Positions 34,354-44,514 of a stretch of DNA of 64,000 nt are shown in pieces. Under the pieces are notes generated by a model. The model worked only from the letters and a program-made list of their open reading frames with translations. It ran no database searches and was not told the origin of the DNA. The translations under genes and the position numbers were made by a program. The DNA is from a virus, in the IMG/VR virus record IMGVR_UViG_3300021959_000022, positions 1 to 64,000 of that record. One strand, given 5' to 3'. Within the stretch, counting starts at the first letter, position 1. Each line of letters starts with the position of its first letter.

Positions 34354-36345
34354 ATGGCATACACTATTAACAAAACAGATGGAACAGTAGTAGCAACAGT
34401 CGAAGACGGCACACTCAATACTTCCACCTCGATCAGTTTGGTTGGACAGAATTATCAAGGCTATGGCGAAGCAATTGGCGAAAATTTTATTACTCTATTA
34501 GAAAATTCTGCGAATACATCAGCACCTACTAATCCTATCACTGGTGAACTTTGGTATGATAAAACTAATAATTCACTCAAAGTGTATGATGGTGTTTATT
34601 TCGAATACATCAATACAGTAAGACCATCTTCCAGCCAACCCACACAAAGTTTAAGAACAGGTGTATTGTGGTATGACACATCCAATTCATTATTAAAATT
34701 ATACAACGGTACATCTTTCGTAACAGTTGGTCCTGTGACAGTTTTGGACGAAGACAACATGGCTTCGAATTCTGCAACTGCTGTCGCATCACAGCAATCA
34801 GTCAAAAAATATGTGGATGATCAAATTGTAGCAAGTAACACTTTGCCGGTGGTTGGTGATGATTCCACCACAATAGAAGTACCTTTTACAACAGGTTTAA
34901 CTGTGAGAGGTGGAACAAATATTTCAACCACCACAGACATAGACAGTTCAGCAGAATTGATCACGGCATACAGATTGACAGTCAATTTAGATTCGAACAT
35001 CACAGTCAATCAAATTGGAGCTGCAGATTCGTCATCAGTTTCGATAACATCTCCATTGCAGGTTACCGGATCTCTGCAAACCACAGGAGCTTTTAAAACA
35101 GGCACATCCTTGCAGATAGCAGGCACCACTGCGGTGACATCGATATTAGACGAAGATGCCATGGGATCTAACTCAGCAACCGCACTGGCCACTCAACAAT
35201 CAATCAAAGCATATGTTGATTCAGCAGTGTCTGGATTGACAACCACATTTAGTTTTTCAGATTCCGCTTCCAACACAGGTTCCATCACACTTGGTACCAC
35301 AGACATGGAATTCAGATCGGGAGATTCGATCACGACCACGGTGGCGGGGACGGGCGTAACATTCGATCTCAACGAAACCATTTCTGTTGACCAAATCAAT
35401 GCCGGCGACTCATCAGTCATCACAATGGGTGCGCCTATCAGAGTATTATCAGATTCAGGCATCACGCTTGGTGCCGACGATGACGTCAGTTTGACTCAGA
35501 GTGGTGCTAACTTCACCCTAAAAAATAAAACAGAGGACGGAAACATTTTAATCAACGTGAATGATGGTGGAGTTGATTCCACAGCAGTCACAGTCAACGG
35601 ATCCACCAAAGCAGTTACATTTGCAGGCAATTGTACAGTGCAAGGAGACTTAAACGTCACAGGAACAACATTCACAAACAACTCGGAAACTTTAACAATC
35701 ACAGATCCTTTGATCGTTCTCAATCAAGGAGCATCCATCATCCAAGGTTATGATGCTGGAATAATCGTGGACAGAGGTGTTGGAGATTCAGCCAATCAGC
35801 AGAATGCGGCCCTACTATGGGACGAGTCTGCCAACACATTTGCTTTTGTGTTCACTCCTGAAGATGGAACCACAGCAGGCAACGTGGCAATTTCACAGTA
35901 TGCAGAATTGAGAGTGAGCGAACTCACTGGTAAGGCATCATCGGCCACTTACGCTGACTTGGCGGAAAGATATGAAGCAGATGTGCCCATGGACATAGGA
36001 GATTGTGTAAAGATAGGTGGTTCGAAAGAAATCACAAAAACAGATAAGGAATACGACACAGATGTGTTTGGAGTTATCGCAGAAAACCCAGCATTCAAGA
36101 TGAATGCAGATGCGGGCACTGACGACTCACATCCGTATGTAACACTGACAGGCAGAACTGTGTGCAAGGTGCAAGGACCCATCGCTAAAGGCGATCGCAT
36201 TGTCACCAGCGATGTGCCGGGAGTTGCAAAAAAGTGCGACTTAAATGACCCTAAATTCCACACTTTGACTATTATTGGCAGGAGTTTGGGCAGTCATGCC
36301 ACCACAGCTGTGGCCATGATAGAAGTGGTTTTAGGAAGGAACTAA
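34354..36345 (+). CDS. tail fibre protein with putative C-terminal autoproteolytic chaperone domain
   Basis: MAYTINKTDG N-terminus, G.LWYD motifs, two SATA..QQS.K.YVD repeats, C-terminal YADLAERY...GD.V...G.V.CKV.G.I.KGD (peptidase G2/S74-like). Confidence 0.75.
   Translation: MAYTINKTDGTVVATVEDGTLNTSTSISLVGQNYQGYGEAIGENFITLLENSANTSAPTNPITGELWYDKTNNSLKVYDGVYFEYINTVRPSSSQPTQSLRTGVLWYDTSNSLLKLYNGTSFVTVGPVTVLDEDNMASNSATAVASQQSVKKYVDDQIVASNTLPVVGDDSTTIEVPFTTGLTVRGGTNISTTTDIDSSAELITAYRLTVNLDSNITVNQIGAADSSSVSITSPLQVTGSLQTTGAFKTGTSLQIAGTTAVTSILDEDAMGSNSATALATQQSIKAYVDSAVSGLTTTFSFSDSASNTGSITLGTTDMEFRSGDSITTTVAGTGVTFDLNETISVDQINAGDSSVITMGAPIRVLSDSGITLGADDDVSLTQSGANFTLKNKTEDGNILINVNDGGVDSTAVTVNGSTKAVTFAGNCTVQGDLNVTGTTFTNNSETLTITDPLIVLNQGASIIQGYDAGIIVDRGVGDSANQQNAALLWDESANTFAFVFTPEDGTTAGNVAISQYAELRVSELTGKASSATYADLAERYEADVPMDIGDCVKIGGSKEITKTDKEYDTDVFGVIAENPAFKMNADAGTDDSHPYVTLTGRTVCKVQGPIAKGDRIVTSDVPGVAKKCDLNDPKFHTLTIIGRSLGSHATTAVAMIEVVLGRN
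35935..35975 (+). repeat. 41-nt exact direct repeat, copy 1
   Basis: GCATCATCGGCCACTTACGCTGACTTGGCGGAAAGATATGA, identical to 37571-37611. Confidence 0.9.
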
Positions 36346-36372
36346 CTTTTTTTATACTAATATAAACTAAGG

Positions 36373-36379
36373 ATAAATA
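36373..36379 (+). promoter_or_regulatory. late-promoter-like ATAAATA
   Basis: 6 nt before ATG 36386. Confidence 0.6.
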
Positions 36380-36385
36380 TTTTAA

Positions 36386-37981
36386 ATGGCTTATACAATT
36401 AACAAGACCGACGGATCGATCTTAACTACCATCGCTGACGGTACAATCGATACCACCACTAATCTTTCATTATTTGGTAAGAATTATGCCGGCTACGGTG
36501 AGCCATTGAACGAAAACTTGGTGGCACTATTAGAAAATTTTGCGAACTCCACAGCAAACGCTCCTACCAAAGCAATCAAGGGACAATTATTTTATGACAC
36601 CACACTGAATCAGATGCAGGTGTACAACGGTTCTGCCTTCAAGGCAGTGAGTGGCTCGATTGTGAGCACTTCGGAACCTTCCACAGGATCGCAGGGTGAC
36701 TTATGGTATGATTCCACTAATGAACAAATTTATGTGTACACAGGATCGACTTGGGTGTTGGTTGGACCAGCTGCCACAGCAGGTGCAGGTGTTTCAGGTT
36801 CCATCGTCAGAGTAATCACAGACAACACAGGCACAGACAGAGTTGTTCTGGAATTGACCACTTCGGACACGATAGTTGGAATGGTTTCATCTGTGGAATT
36901 TACTCCACAATCTGCTATATCAGGATATTCTGTGATCAAGAAAGGTATCACACTTGGCACCAATGTGACATCGAACAAATTCCAAGGCACAGCAACAGAT
37001 TCGGATGCATTGGGAGGAATATCAGCGGCAAGTTTTTTAAGATCAGATGCTTCGGACACCACATCAGGTACACTGACAATCCAAGCAGACTCTTCATTGA
37101 TTTTAGGACAAGACGGCGACGTGTCCATGACACAGAGCGGTGCTAATTTTACATTAAGAAATTCAACAGAAGATGGCAACATAATTTTCTCAGTCAATGA
37201 CGGAGGTGTAACATCTACCGTGATGACAATGACAGGTGCAGATGCATCGGTGACTGTTGCAAACAACCTCACTGTGACAGGCAACTTAACAGTCAATGGA
37301 ACAACAACTTCTGTAAATGCAACCAACACAACAATTTCGGATCCGCTTATTGTTTTAAATCAGGGAGCATCGATCATATCTGGTTACGACTCCGGACTTA
37401 TTATAGACAGGGGATTAGGAGATTCTGCCGCACAAAGAAATGCGGCCATGTTATGGGATGAATCTGCCAACGAATTCGCTTTTGTGTTCACGACTGAAAC
37501 AGGAAGCACAGCAGGCAACGTGGCAATATCTCAATATGCCAACCTGCAGGTAAGCGAACTCACTGGTCAAGCATCATCGGCCACTTACGCTGACTTGGCG
37601 GAAAGATATGAGTCAGACAGCCAATTGGAACCAGGTGATGTTGTTAAATTGGGAGGTGAAAAAGAAATTACCAAAACTACTGCTCCATATGACAAAGACG
37701 TGTTTGGAGTAGTGTCAACAGATCCAGCATTCAAGATGAATTCCAGTGCTGGAGACGACAGCACACATCCTTATGTGGCACTGTCAGGAAGAGTTTACTG
37801 CAAGGTAAAAGGACCTATCAACAAAGGTGACAGGTTAACCACTTCAGATGAACCTGGAGTAGCACAAAAAGCCGATATTGACAGTGAATTACATTCAGTG
37901 TATGCTGTAATAGGTAGATCATTAGAATCGAGTCAAGAGCATGGAATCAGAAAACTCGAAATAGTGGTTGGAAAGTTATAA
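36386..37981 (+). CDS. tail fibre protein, paralog of 34354-36345
   Basis: Same N-terminus, shared DPLIVLNQGASII.GYD block and YADLAERY C-terminal domain. Confidence 0.75.
   Translation: MAYTINKTDGSILTTIADGTIDTTTNLSLFGKNYAGYGEPLNENLVALLENFANSTANAPTKAIKGQLFYDTTLNQMQVYNGSAFKAVSGSIVSTSEPSTGSQGDLWYDSTNEQIYVYTGSTWVLVGPAATAGAGVSGSIVRVITDNTGTDRVVLELTTSDTIVGMVSSVEFTPQSAISGYSVIKKGITLGTNVTSNKFQGTATDSDALGGISAASFLRSDASDTTSGTLTIQADSSLILGQDGDVSMTQSGANFTLRNSTEDGNIIFSVNDGGVTSTVMTMTGADASVTVANNLTVTGNLTVNGTTTSVNATNTTISDPLIVLNQGASIISGYDSGLIIDRGLGDSAAQRNAAMLWDESANEFAFVFTTETGSTAGNVAISQYANLQVSELTGQASSATYADLAERYESDSQLEPGDVVKLGGEKEITKTTAPYDKDVFGVVSTDPAFKMNSSAGDDSTHPYVALSGRVYCKVKGPINKGDRLTTSDEPGVAQKADIDSELHSVYAVIGRSLESSQEHGIRKLEIVVGKL
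37571..37611 (+). repeat. 41-nt exact direct repeat, copy 2
   Basis: Identical to 35935-35975. Confidence 0.9.
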
Positions 37982-38028
37982 AAAAGAATATATAAAAAAG
38001 TAAAAAAGGGCAAAGGTAGAAAAAGAAA

Positions 38029-38934
38029 ATGACAATAGCATCAGGAAGTTTAGTATTAGCAACAGACTACAACGCAATACGAACCACTGTAGATAATGTC
38101 CTGGGCACTGGCTCGGGAGACAGCGGATACGGGCAATCATTAACATCATCAGCAAAGACAACATCGGATATTATCTTAGATGATGACATCAATCAATTAT
38201 ACGCTGACATACAAGTTGCTCACACCCATCAACAAGGATCTGCCACTTCACTTATTGCCCAAGTGACAACTGCTGACCTTATTGAAGCCAACAACGGAGT
38301 TTCGTTCAAGGGTTGGACACAATATCAAACAGCGGCCAACCTCATCCAAACAAACAGATTGACTGCCAATGCGGCATCCATGACTGCCACAGCGGCCAAG
38401 ACCACAGAAACCAAAGCGGCAGGCTGGAACGGTTCCAACAACCAGATTGTCACAGTGACATTTTCATCTGCGGAAGCGAGAAGATTTTTCTTCAACTCGG
38501 GTGGTGAAATAAGAATTTCTGCATCAGTGGCTTCGGGTGGTAACACCAAATCCGTAGACTGGGCGACCATGTGTTCATCAGTGGGCACTTTAAAAATTTC
38601 AAAATCATCCATCACCAAAACAGGTGCTTCAGGCACAATTTATGGTTCATACAACGAATCCACAATACCAGGATCTACCACAAAGATCATGGACAGATAC
38701 GGTTCAGGCAACTACGCAGAAAACTACTGGCAAGTAGATGCCGCAAACACATCTGCCACAGTCATCACAATCACTCAAACATTCAACGATGCTGACACAG
38801 GTGACCAAACTGGTACAGGACCAGCGGTGGACGAGAACGTGGACAGAGCACTCACAGTGAATGTGGGCGAGTTGAGAGCAACAACATCACTGACCATTGC
38901 TTCACCAACTTTCGCAGTAACCAACTCAATCTAA
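38029..38934 (+). CDS. putative virion structural protein
   Basis: S/T/G/A-rich 301-aa ORF closing the structural module; I.A.DYN.IR..V..VLG.G...GYGQ and RFFFNSGGEIR motifs. Confidence 0.6.
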   Translation: MTIASGSLVLATDYNAIRTTVDNVLGTGSGDSGYGQSLTSSAKTTSDIILDDDINQLYADIQVAHTHQQGSATSLIAQVTTADLIEANNGVSFKGWTQYQTAANLIQTNRLTANAASMTATAAKTTETKAAGWNGSNNQIVTVTFSSAEARRFFFNSGGEIRISASVASGGNTKSVDWATMCSSVGTLKISKSSITKTGASGTIYGSYNESTIPGSTTKIMDRYGSGNYAENYWQVDAANTSATVITITQTFNDADTGDQTGTGPAVDENVDRALTVNVGELRATTSLTIASPTFAVTNSI

Positions 38935-38936
38935 TA

Positions 38937-38965
38937 TTGACAGATTTTAACTTTTAAGTTACAAT
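38937..38965 (+). promoter_or_regulatory. near-consensus sigma70 promoter heading the modification cluster
   Basis: TTGACA (38937-38942)-17 nt-TACAAT (38960-38965); ATG at 38972 sits at the expected +1. Confidence 0.75.
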
Positions 38966-38971
38966 ATTCGT

Positions 38972-39325
38972 ATGGATAATAGACTTAGCAAGGCCTTGGA
39001 GTTTGGCAACTACATGGTCACACTCAACAACCAAAAAAGATTGCTCAAGGAAAAATTTTTGGATCAATCTGTCCATTATGTGGATGGCCACAAGTTTGAG
39101 ATTACCAAAGCACTGATCACATACTGCAAGACACTGATCGATCTTGGACACACCACCGACGTGGTTGTGGTGGATTCTTTGGATGCACCCTATCGTGTGC
39201 CAGATCTCAACCAGTTCCTTGAACAAATACTCGACGTGTACATGGGCAATCTAAATGCATACCACACTGAATACAACAAAATCAAAAACAAACGATCCAT
39301 ACAAGAAATTGTAGACAATGAATAA
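38972..39325 (+). CDS. hypothetical protein
   Basis: 117-aa ORF, first gene of the coupled cluster. Confidence 0.65.
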   Translation: MDNRLSKALEFGNYMVTLNNQKRLLKEKFLDQSVHYVDGHKFEITKALITYCKTLIDLGHTTDVVVVDSLDAPYRVPDLNQFLEQILDVYMGNLNAYHTEYNKIKNKRSIQEIVDNE

Positions 39326-40178
39326 TGGTGTCCTACTATTTGCCAACAACAATGATCAAATTGACTATGTCAAACAGGCGGTATTCTTAGCCACACAGAT
39401 CAAACGCCACATGAATTGTGGTGTGGCCATAGCAACAGATTCACCGGATTACCTCAAAGACGGGTTCACAAAACACAATTCTGCAGTGGATCACATCATC
39501 CCCATTGACTGGCACGTGACCCAAACCACACAATACAAGAGATTCAGAGATGGAACCAAAGCAGAAAAGAGCCTTATGTGGAAAAACACCAATAGGTCAT
39601 CGGCATATGAACTGACCCCATTCGATCAAACCATAGTTTTGGACACTGATGTCATGATCAACAATTCGAAACTGCAGGACTGTTTCCAACAACCGCACGA
39701 TTTCCTGATAGACAGGCATCCTGTGGACATACATCCGACCAGACACGATCCTACTTTCGAAAGGATTTCGGACAAGTCCGTGCAATTCTTCTGGGCCACC
39801 GCTTTCTTTTTTAAGAAAACACATCTCACACACATGCTGTTCGAAATCATAGCACACGTCAAGGAAAATTATAATTTTTATAGGATGATGTATCAAATCC
39901 AACCCACTAAATTGAGGAATGATTTTGTGTTTTCTATAGCAATTCACATTCTAAATGGCTTCCAGACCAATCCTGATTGGCCGTACTCCATGCCGGCTCG
40001 GATGTTTATGACCACTGACAAGGACATCCTGCACAAGATCAAGGACAACAAGATGACATTTTTGTTGGACAAGGAAACCCATCCTGGGCAGTACACAGTC
40101 AATTCTGTTCAAGGAGTCAATGTGCATTGTATGAACAAGTTTTCTTTGGGCAGATGCATCGATGAGGTATGGTCTTGA
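39318..40178 (+). CDS. GT-A fold glycosyltransferase-like protein
   Basis: GVLLFA..., AYELTPFDQTIVLDTD (DxD), RNDF.FSIA and H.MNK motifs. Confidence 0.65.
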   Translation: MNNGVLLFANNNDQIDYVKQAVFLATQIKRHMNCGVAIATDSPDYLKDGFTKHNSAVDHIIPIDWHVTQTTQYKRFRDGTKAEKSLMWKNTNRSSAYELTPFDQTIVLDTDVMINNSKLQDCFQQPHDFLIDRHPVDIHPTRHDPTFERISDKSVQFFWATAFFFKKTHLTHMLFEIIAHVKENYNFYRMMYQIQPTKLRNDFVFSIAIHILNGFQTNPDWPYSMPARMFMTTDKDILHKIKDNKMTFLLDKETHPGQYTVNSVQGVNVHCMNKFSLGRCIDEVWS

Positions 40179-41020
40179 GCAAAGGTTTTGGAATTTTCGC
40201 ACAGAATGTCTACAATGAAGGTCATGAGTGTGACTATCTGACCCAGGCTTATGCCCTTGCACTCAGCATCAAGATCAATTGCGGCAAGCAATGGCCGGTG
40301 TTTGTGATGACCAATGACCAAGTACCTGAACAATACAAGGAAGTGTTTGACGAGATAGTACCGATACCTTGGGGAGACATGGCGGAAAATTCACTGTGGA
40401 AGATTGAAAACCGATGGAAGATGTATCACAAGACACCCTATCGAGAAACCATCGTGCTGGATTCGGATTGTTTGGTCATGCGTGACATTTCACATTGGTG
40501 GGATCTGTTGGAGGGAAGGACTGTGAGTTATGGAAACAACCCCATCACATACACAGGCCAACCCATACAAGACACATACAGGAAAACTTTCATAGCAAAT
40601 GATCTTCCTGATGTGTACAACACCATATTTTACTTTAAAAAATCTCCGGAAGCCAAAGCATTTTTCACAATGGTGGAAATAATTGTAAACAATTGGAAGG
40701 AATTCTATCTGAGATATGCTCCAAAAGAATTCCAGAAATTCCCTTCCATGGATTTGACCTGTGCCATAGCGGCCAAACTCACAGGCATGCAGGATGAATT
40801 CACAGACAGAAATTTTATCCCCTTCATCCACATGAAACCCAAATGCCAAGGATGGTCCAACGCACCTTTGAATTGGACCAACGTGATCGGATCTTACATC
40901 AACAATCAGGGAGAACTAAAATTGGGCAATCACAGAATCACTGATGTTTTACACTATGTTGAATCCGAATTCTTGACTCCGAAAATCATCAACACATTGG
41001 AGAACTTGTACCATGTCTAA
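40169..41020 (+). CDS. GT-A fold glycosyltransferase-like protein, paralog of the upstream gene
   Basis: AYALALSIK, TPYRETIVLDSD (DxD), FIHMKP and LHY motifs. Confidence 0.65.
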   Translation: MVLSKGFGIFAQNVYNEGHECDYLTQAYALALSIKINCGKQWPVFVMTNDQVPEQYKEVFDEIVPIPWGDMAENSLWKIENRWKMYHKTPYRETIVLDSDCLVMRDISHWWDLLEGRTVSYGNNPITYTGQPIQDTYRKTFIANDLPDVYNTIFYFKKSPEAKAFFTMVEIIVNNWKEFYLRYAPKEFQKFPSMDLTCAIAAKLTGMQDEFTDRNFIPFIHMKPKCQGWSNAPLNWTNVIGSYINNQGELKLGNHRITDVLHYVESEFLTPKIINTLENLYHV

Positions 41021-41579
41021 CATGTGGATCAGATATGATGCCGAATCTGGCACCATCCATTCCATAGGTGGTGGCCGAGACGACACGTTGGAAGGATCCT
41101 GGGCAACCATAGATCTTTTCACAGCCACAGAATTCATCGATGGAGTCAAACAGATCATGGATTACATCGCGGTGCCAGTGCCCGGTGACGAAGGCACAGT
41201 GAAAATTGTAAACACCAAAGAAGAACAGATTGATTACGACATCGCCAAATCCATTTACCAGATTGAAAAGGGGTATTATCCAGAAGGTGAAAGTTGTATA
41301 GTCACGCAAGAACCGGACAAGTGGACTGTGAGCCTATCGGAAAAACTAAGATCCATGTTGAAAAACAATGACTACTATGAGAAAAAAGTGTATAATTTTT
41401 ACATCACTGAAGAGAATGATCCTAATGTGTTGTTGGACAAGTTCCAGATTACCATTGGTGATCTAATCCAAGGGGACTGTGTGATCAAAGACATAGATAC
41501 TAATGTATGCCAGAGGCAAGATGTGAGTGTGTTCGCATTCAGACTCTTTGACACCTACAAACATGTGGTAAAAATATGA
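41013..41579 (+). CDS. hypothetical protein
   Basis: 188-aa acidic ORF overlapping both neighbours. Confidence 0.6.
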   Translation: MSNMWIRYDAESGTIHSIGGGRDDTLEGSWATIDLFTATEFIDGVKQIMDYIAVPVPGDEGTVKIVNTKEEQIDYDIAKSIYQIEKGYYPEGESCIVTQEPDKWTVSLSEKLRSMLKNNDYYEKKVYNFYITEENDPNVLLDKFQITIGDLIQGDCVIKDIDTNVCQRQDVSVFAFRLFDTYKHVVKI

Positions 41580-42499
41580 AACAAGTAAAAATTGCAGACT
41601 GCGACATAGTTTTCCTGTCATACGATGAACCAAACTGCGAACAGAATTGGGCAGACTTGGCGGCCAAAGTGCCATGGGCCAAACGAGTGCATGGCGTCAA
41701 AGGACCTGACAGAGCACACAAAGAATGTGCCATGATCGCAGAAACGGACAGATTCGTCACAGTGGATGGAGATTCCATCATTGATCCGAGATTCATTGAA
41801 CAGATCATCACTGTGGAAGATGACGTGGACGTCGAAAATTCCGTGCTGTCATGGTGTGGACAAAATTCCGTGAATGGCCTGCTGTATGGCAACGGTGGCC
41901 TCAAGGGTTGGCCCAAACATTATGTGTTGACCATGAAGAGCCATGAAGCCGCTGACACAGATCGTGCTCGAGTTGATTTTTGTTGGGAAGGAAACTACAT
42001 TCATTTGAACAAGTGTTTCTGTAAGACAGTGATCAATTCAACTCCCGAACAGGCATGGCGGGCAGGATTCAGGGAAGGCGTCAAGATGACGCTGGATCGT
42101 GGGTTAAAAGTTGATCCGCATGCCATCAATCAAAATCATTGGAAGAACATGGACAGATTGTACATATGGCAGATGGTGGGCGCTGATGTTGACAACGGAT
42201 TGTGGGCCATCCTTGGAGCAAGGCAGGGATCATATCTGACCAATCTCACAGACTTTGATTGGGTACAGATCAGGGATTCGGACTACCTAAGCACATACTT
42301 CAAGAGCGAAGTTTCCACCACCATAAATGACGCTAATATCATGGAAAAAATACATGAGTATGGTCGATCTTTGGTGGAACAACTACACTTCCCCATCGCT
42401 GTGGAACCGCTGAGTCCACAGCAGAGCATATTCCACAAGTCGGTGTACAGGAATCCGGAAAGGACCATCAAGGGATTTATGGACTACACAAATGGATGA
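41576..42499 (+). CDS. glycosyltransferase family 2-like protein
   Basis: DIVFLSYDEP, RVHGVKG...AH, FVTVDGD (DxD), N.VNGL.YG.GGLK and AWRAGFREG motifs. Confidence 0.6.
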   Translation: MKQVKIADCDIVFLSYDEPNCEQNWADLAAKVPWAKRVHGVKGPDRAHKECAMIAETDRFVTVDGDSIIDPRFIEQIITVEDDVDVENSVLSWCGQNSVNGLLYGNGGLKGWPKHYVLTMKSHEAADTDRARVDFCWEGNYIHLNKCFCKTVINSTPEQAWRAGFREGVKMTLDRGLKVDPHAINQNHWKNMDRLYIWQMVGADVDNGLWAILGARQGSYLTNLTDFDWVQIRDSDYLSTYFKSEVSTTINDANIMEKIHEYGRSLVEQLHFPIAVEPLSPQQSIFHKSVYRNPERTIKGFMDYTNG

Positions 42500-43892
42500 G
42501 TTTCAGGACGTTAAAAAATTTTCCAATGAGTTGGATGCTATCAGTCCCAGCATGTGTTTCGCCAAATGGAAGCAGGTCACACTACATCTGCAAACAGGAC
42601 ACAATCATTCATGCCATCACCCCAAGACACACAAGACACCCATCGAAGAATTAAAGCAGGATCCTTCTGCCCTACACAACACAGAGTTCAAAAAATCACA
42701 GCGAGCACTCATGCTCAAAGGACAGAGACCCGCAGAGTGTGACTACTGCTGGCGAGTGGAAGATTCGTCACCCAACAAACAGGTTTTGTCTGACAGATAC
42801 ACCAAGAGTTATGAACCATGGGCACAGGATTATCGTGATGAGATCGTAAAGACTGGCACGGGCAACATCAATCCTTCGTATCTTGAAGTTTCGTTTTCCA
42901 ATGTGTGTAATTTCAAATGTTCCTACTGTGCGCCTGAGATATCCTCAAAGTGGATGGAAGAAATCAAACAGCATGGAGCGTACCCCACTTCCACGAGATT
43001 CAATAATTTGGAAAACGTGGAAAAACAAAACAAGATGCCCATACCACACAAAGACCCAAATCCATATGTGGACGCTTTTTGGGAATGGTGGCCCGAGCTG
43101 TACAAGGATCTGAGGGTGTTTAGGATCACGGGCGGAGAGCCGTTGATGACCAAGAACACGTTCAAGGTGCTGGACTATGTGATAGAAAATCCAAATCCCA
43201 AGATATCGATCAACATCAACTCCAATCTGTGTGTGCCCAAAGACATATTAGACAAATTCATAGAAAAAGTCAAAAGGATACAAGGCGAAAACATGATCGC
43301 ACAGTTCCAATTGTACACATCTAATGAAGCCAAAGGATCGAGGGCAGAATATATAAGACACGGGTTAGATTACAACCAATGGTTGGATAATTGTAGACGT
43401 ATTTTATCTGAAATCCCCAAATCCAAACTCACAAACATGGCCACATACAATGCTCTCAGTGTGACATCATTCCAAGAATTCATGCAGGATTGGTTACAGT
43501 TGAGAAAAGAATTCATGTCTGGTCCTGAAAGACGCAATCCTGTCAGCCTTGATGTGGCATATCTGAGATGGCCATGGCATCAAAACATACACATCCTGCC
43601 CAAATCCTACAGACAAATGATTGAATCACAGGTGACTTGGATGTACCAAAACAAGGAAGTTGGCGATTGGCCTCCACTGTGTGGCAATGGTTGGTATGAT
43701 CATGAAATCAATAGAATGAAACGCATATATTTTGTGGCCAAGCAAGGTCCGGATCAATCATTTGATGTTGAACAGGCCAAGAAAGATTTTGTTAAGTTTG
43801 TGGATGAACATGATCGCAGACGTGGCACGAACTTTTTAAAAACATTTCCTGAAATGACTGCTTTCTATCATGAGGTGAAAGATGCAATTTGA
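42492..43892 (+). CDS. radical SAM enzyme with N-terminal SPASM/twitch-like domain (#1)
   Basis: CNFKCSYC, ITGGEP; N-terminal C.AKW...SCHH...ECDYCW. Confidence 0.9.
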   Translation: MDEFQDVKKFSNELDAISPSMCFAKWKQVTLHLQTGHNHSCHHPKTHKTPIEELKQDPSALHNTEFKKSQRALMLKGQRPAECDYCWRVEDSSPNKQVLSDRYTKSYEPWAQDYRDEIVKTGTGNINPSYLEVSFSNVCNFKCSYCAPEISSKWMEEIKQHGAYPTSTRFNNLENVEKQNKMPIPHKDPNPYVDAFWEWWPELYKDLRVFRITGGEPLMTKNTFKVLDYVIENPNPKISININSNLCVPKDILDKFIEKVKRIQGENMIAQFQLYTSNEAKGSRAEYIRHGLDYNQWLDNCRRILSEIPKSKLTNMATYNALSVTSFQEFMQDWLQLRKEFMSGPERRNPVSLDVAYLRWPWHQNIHILPKSYRQMIESQVTWMYQNKEVGDWPPLCGNGWYDHEINRMKRIYFVAKQGPDQSFDVEQAKKDFVKFVDEHDRRRGTNFLKTFPEMTAFYHEVKDAI

Positions 43893-44514
43893 TTATATAT
43901 TAGATAATATAGCCAAAGCAGAACTCAAACTCAAACCATGGCCATACATCTCAGTACAAAATTTCCTCAAGGAAGAACATTTGCAACTTTTTATCGATGA
44001 TTGGCACAGCATTGATTGGTTAGAGCATGAAGATAAAAAGGAAGAGTACAAGAGAAATTGGGAAGAACCAAACTGGGTGCGTGATTATTATTCTGAAGAG
44101 CACAGCAAAGAATTAAAAAACTTTTTATCAAGTTTTGAAGTGTTTGACATCATGCAACAGAAATTTGATAGATGGTTTGATTGGAAAAACATATGGGTAA
44201 AACGCATGTTCAAACGTGATGATCCTGGATGCGGCGATTACAGTCACACAGATGTTTGGATTCATTCGTACATGGTGTTACAAATCTTTTTTCCTGATCA
44301 ATCATATGATAAATTTGGCACAGTGTTGCAGGAATATGAGCATCAGCCACATGATGAAGCAGTTGAACTTCCTCTAAGGAGGAACCAAATGTCGGGTTTT
44401 GCAAACACACCAACTACTTGGCATGCGGTCAGACCGGGCAACAGGCTAAGGAAAAGTTACATCCAAAGATTTTTATACAAGGACGGACACAACCCATATT
44501 ACAATGAGCAGTGA
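43882..44514 (+). CDS. 2OG-Fe(II) oxygenase-like protein
   Basis: PWPYI...NFL, HTD (HxD), TWHAV and R.S motifs. Confidence 0.7.
   Translation: MQFDYILDNIAKAELKLKPWPYISVQNFLKEEHLQLFIDDWHSIDWLEHEDKKEEYKRNWEEPNWVRDYYSEEHSKELKNFLSSFEVFDIMQQKFDRWFDWKNIWVKRMFKRDDPGCGDYSHTDVWIHSYMVLQIFFPDQSYDKFGTVLQEYEHQPHDEAVELPLRRNQMSGFANTPTTWHAVRPGNRLRKSYIQRFLYKDGHNPYYNEQ

Noticed and set aside
35935-37611. Fibre-gene repeat as a diversity-generating retroelement TR/VR pair
   Set aside because: Copies are identical rather than differing at adenines, both are coding, and no reverse transcriptase is seen.
37982-38028. Purine/A-rich intergenic tract
   Set aside because: No hairpin or clear promoter motif; consistent with an unstructured translation-initiation region.
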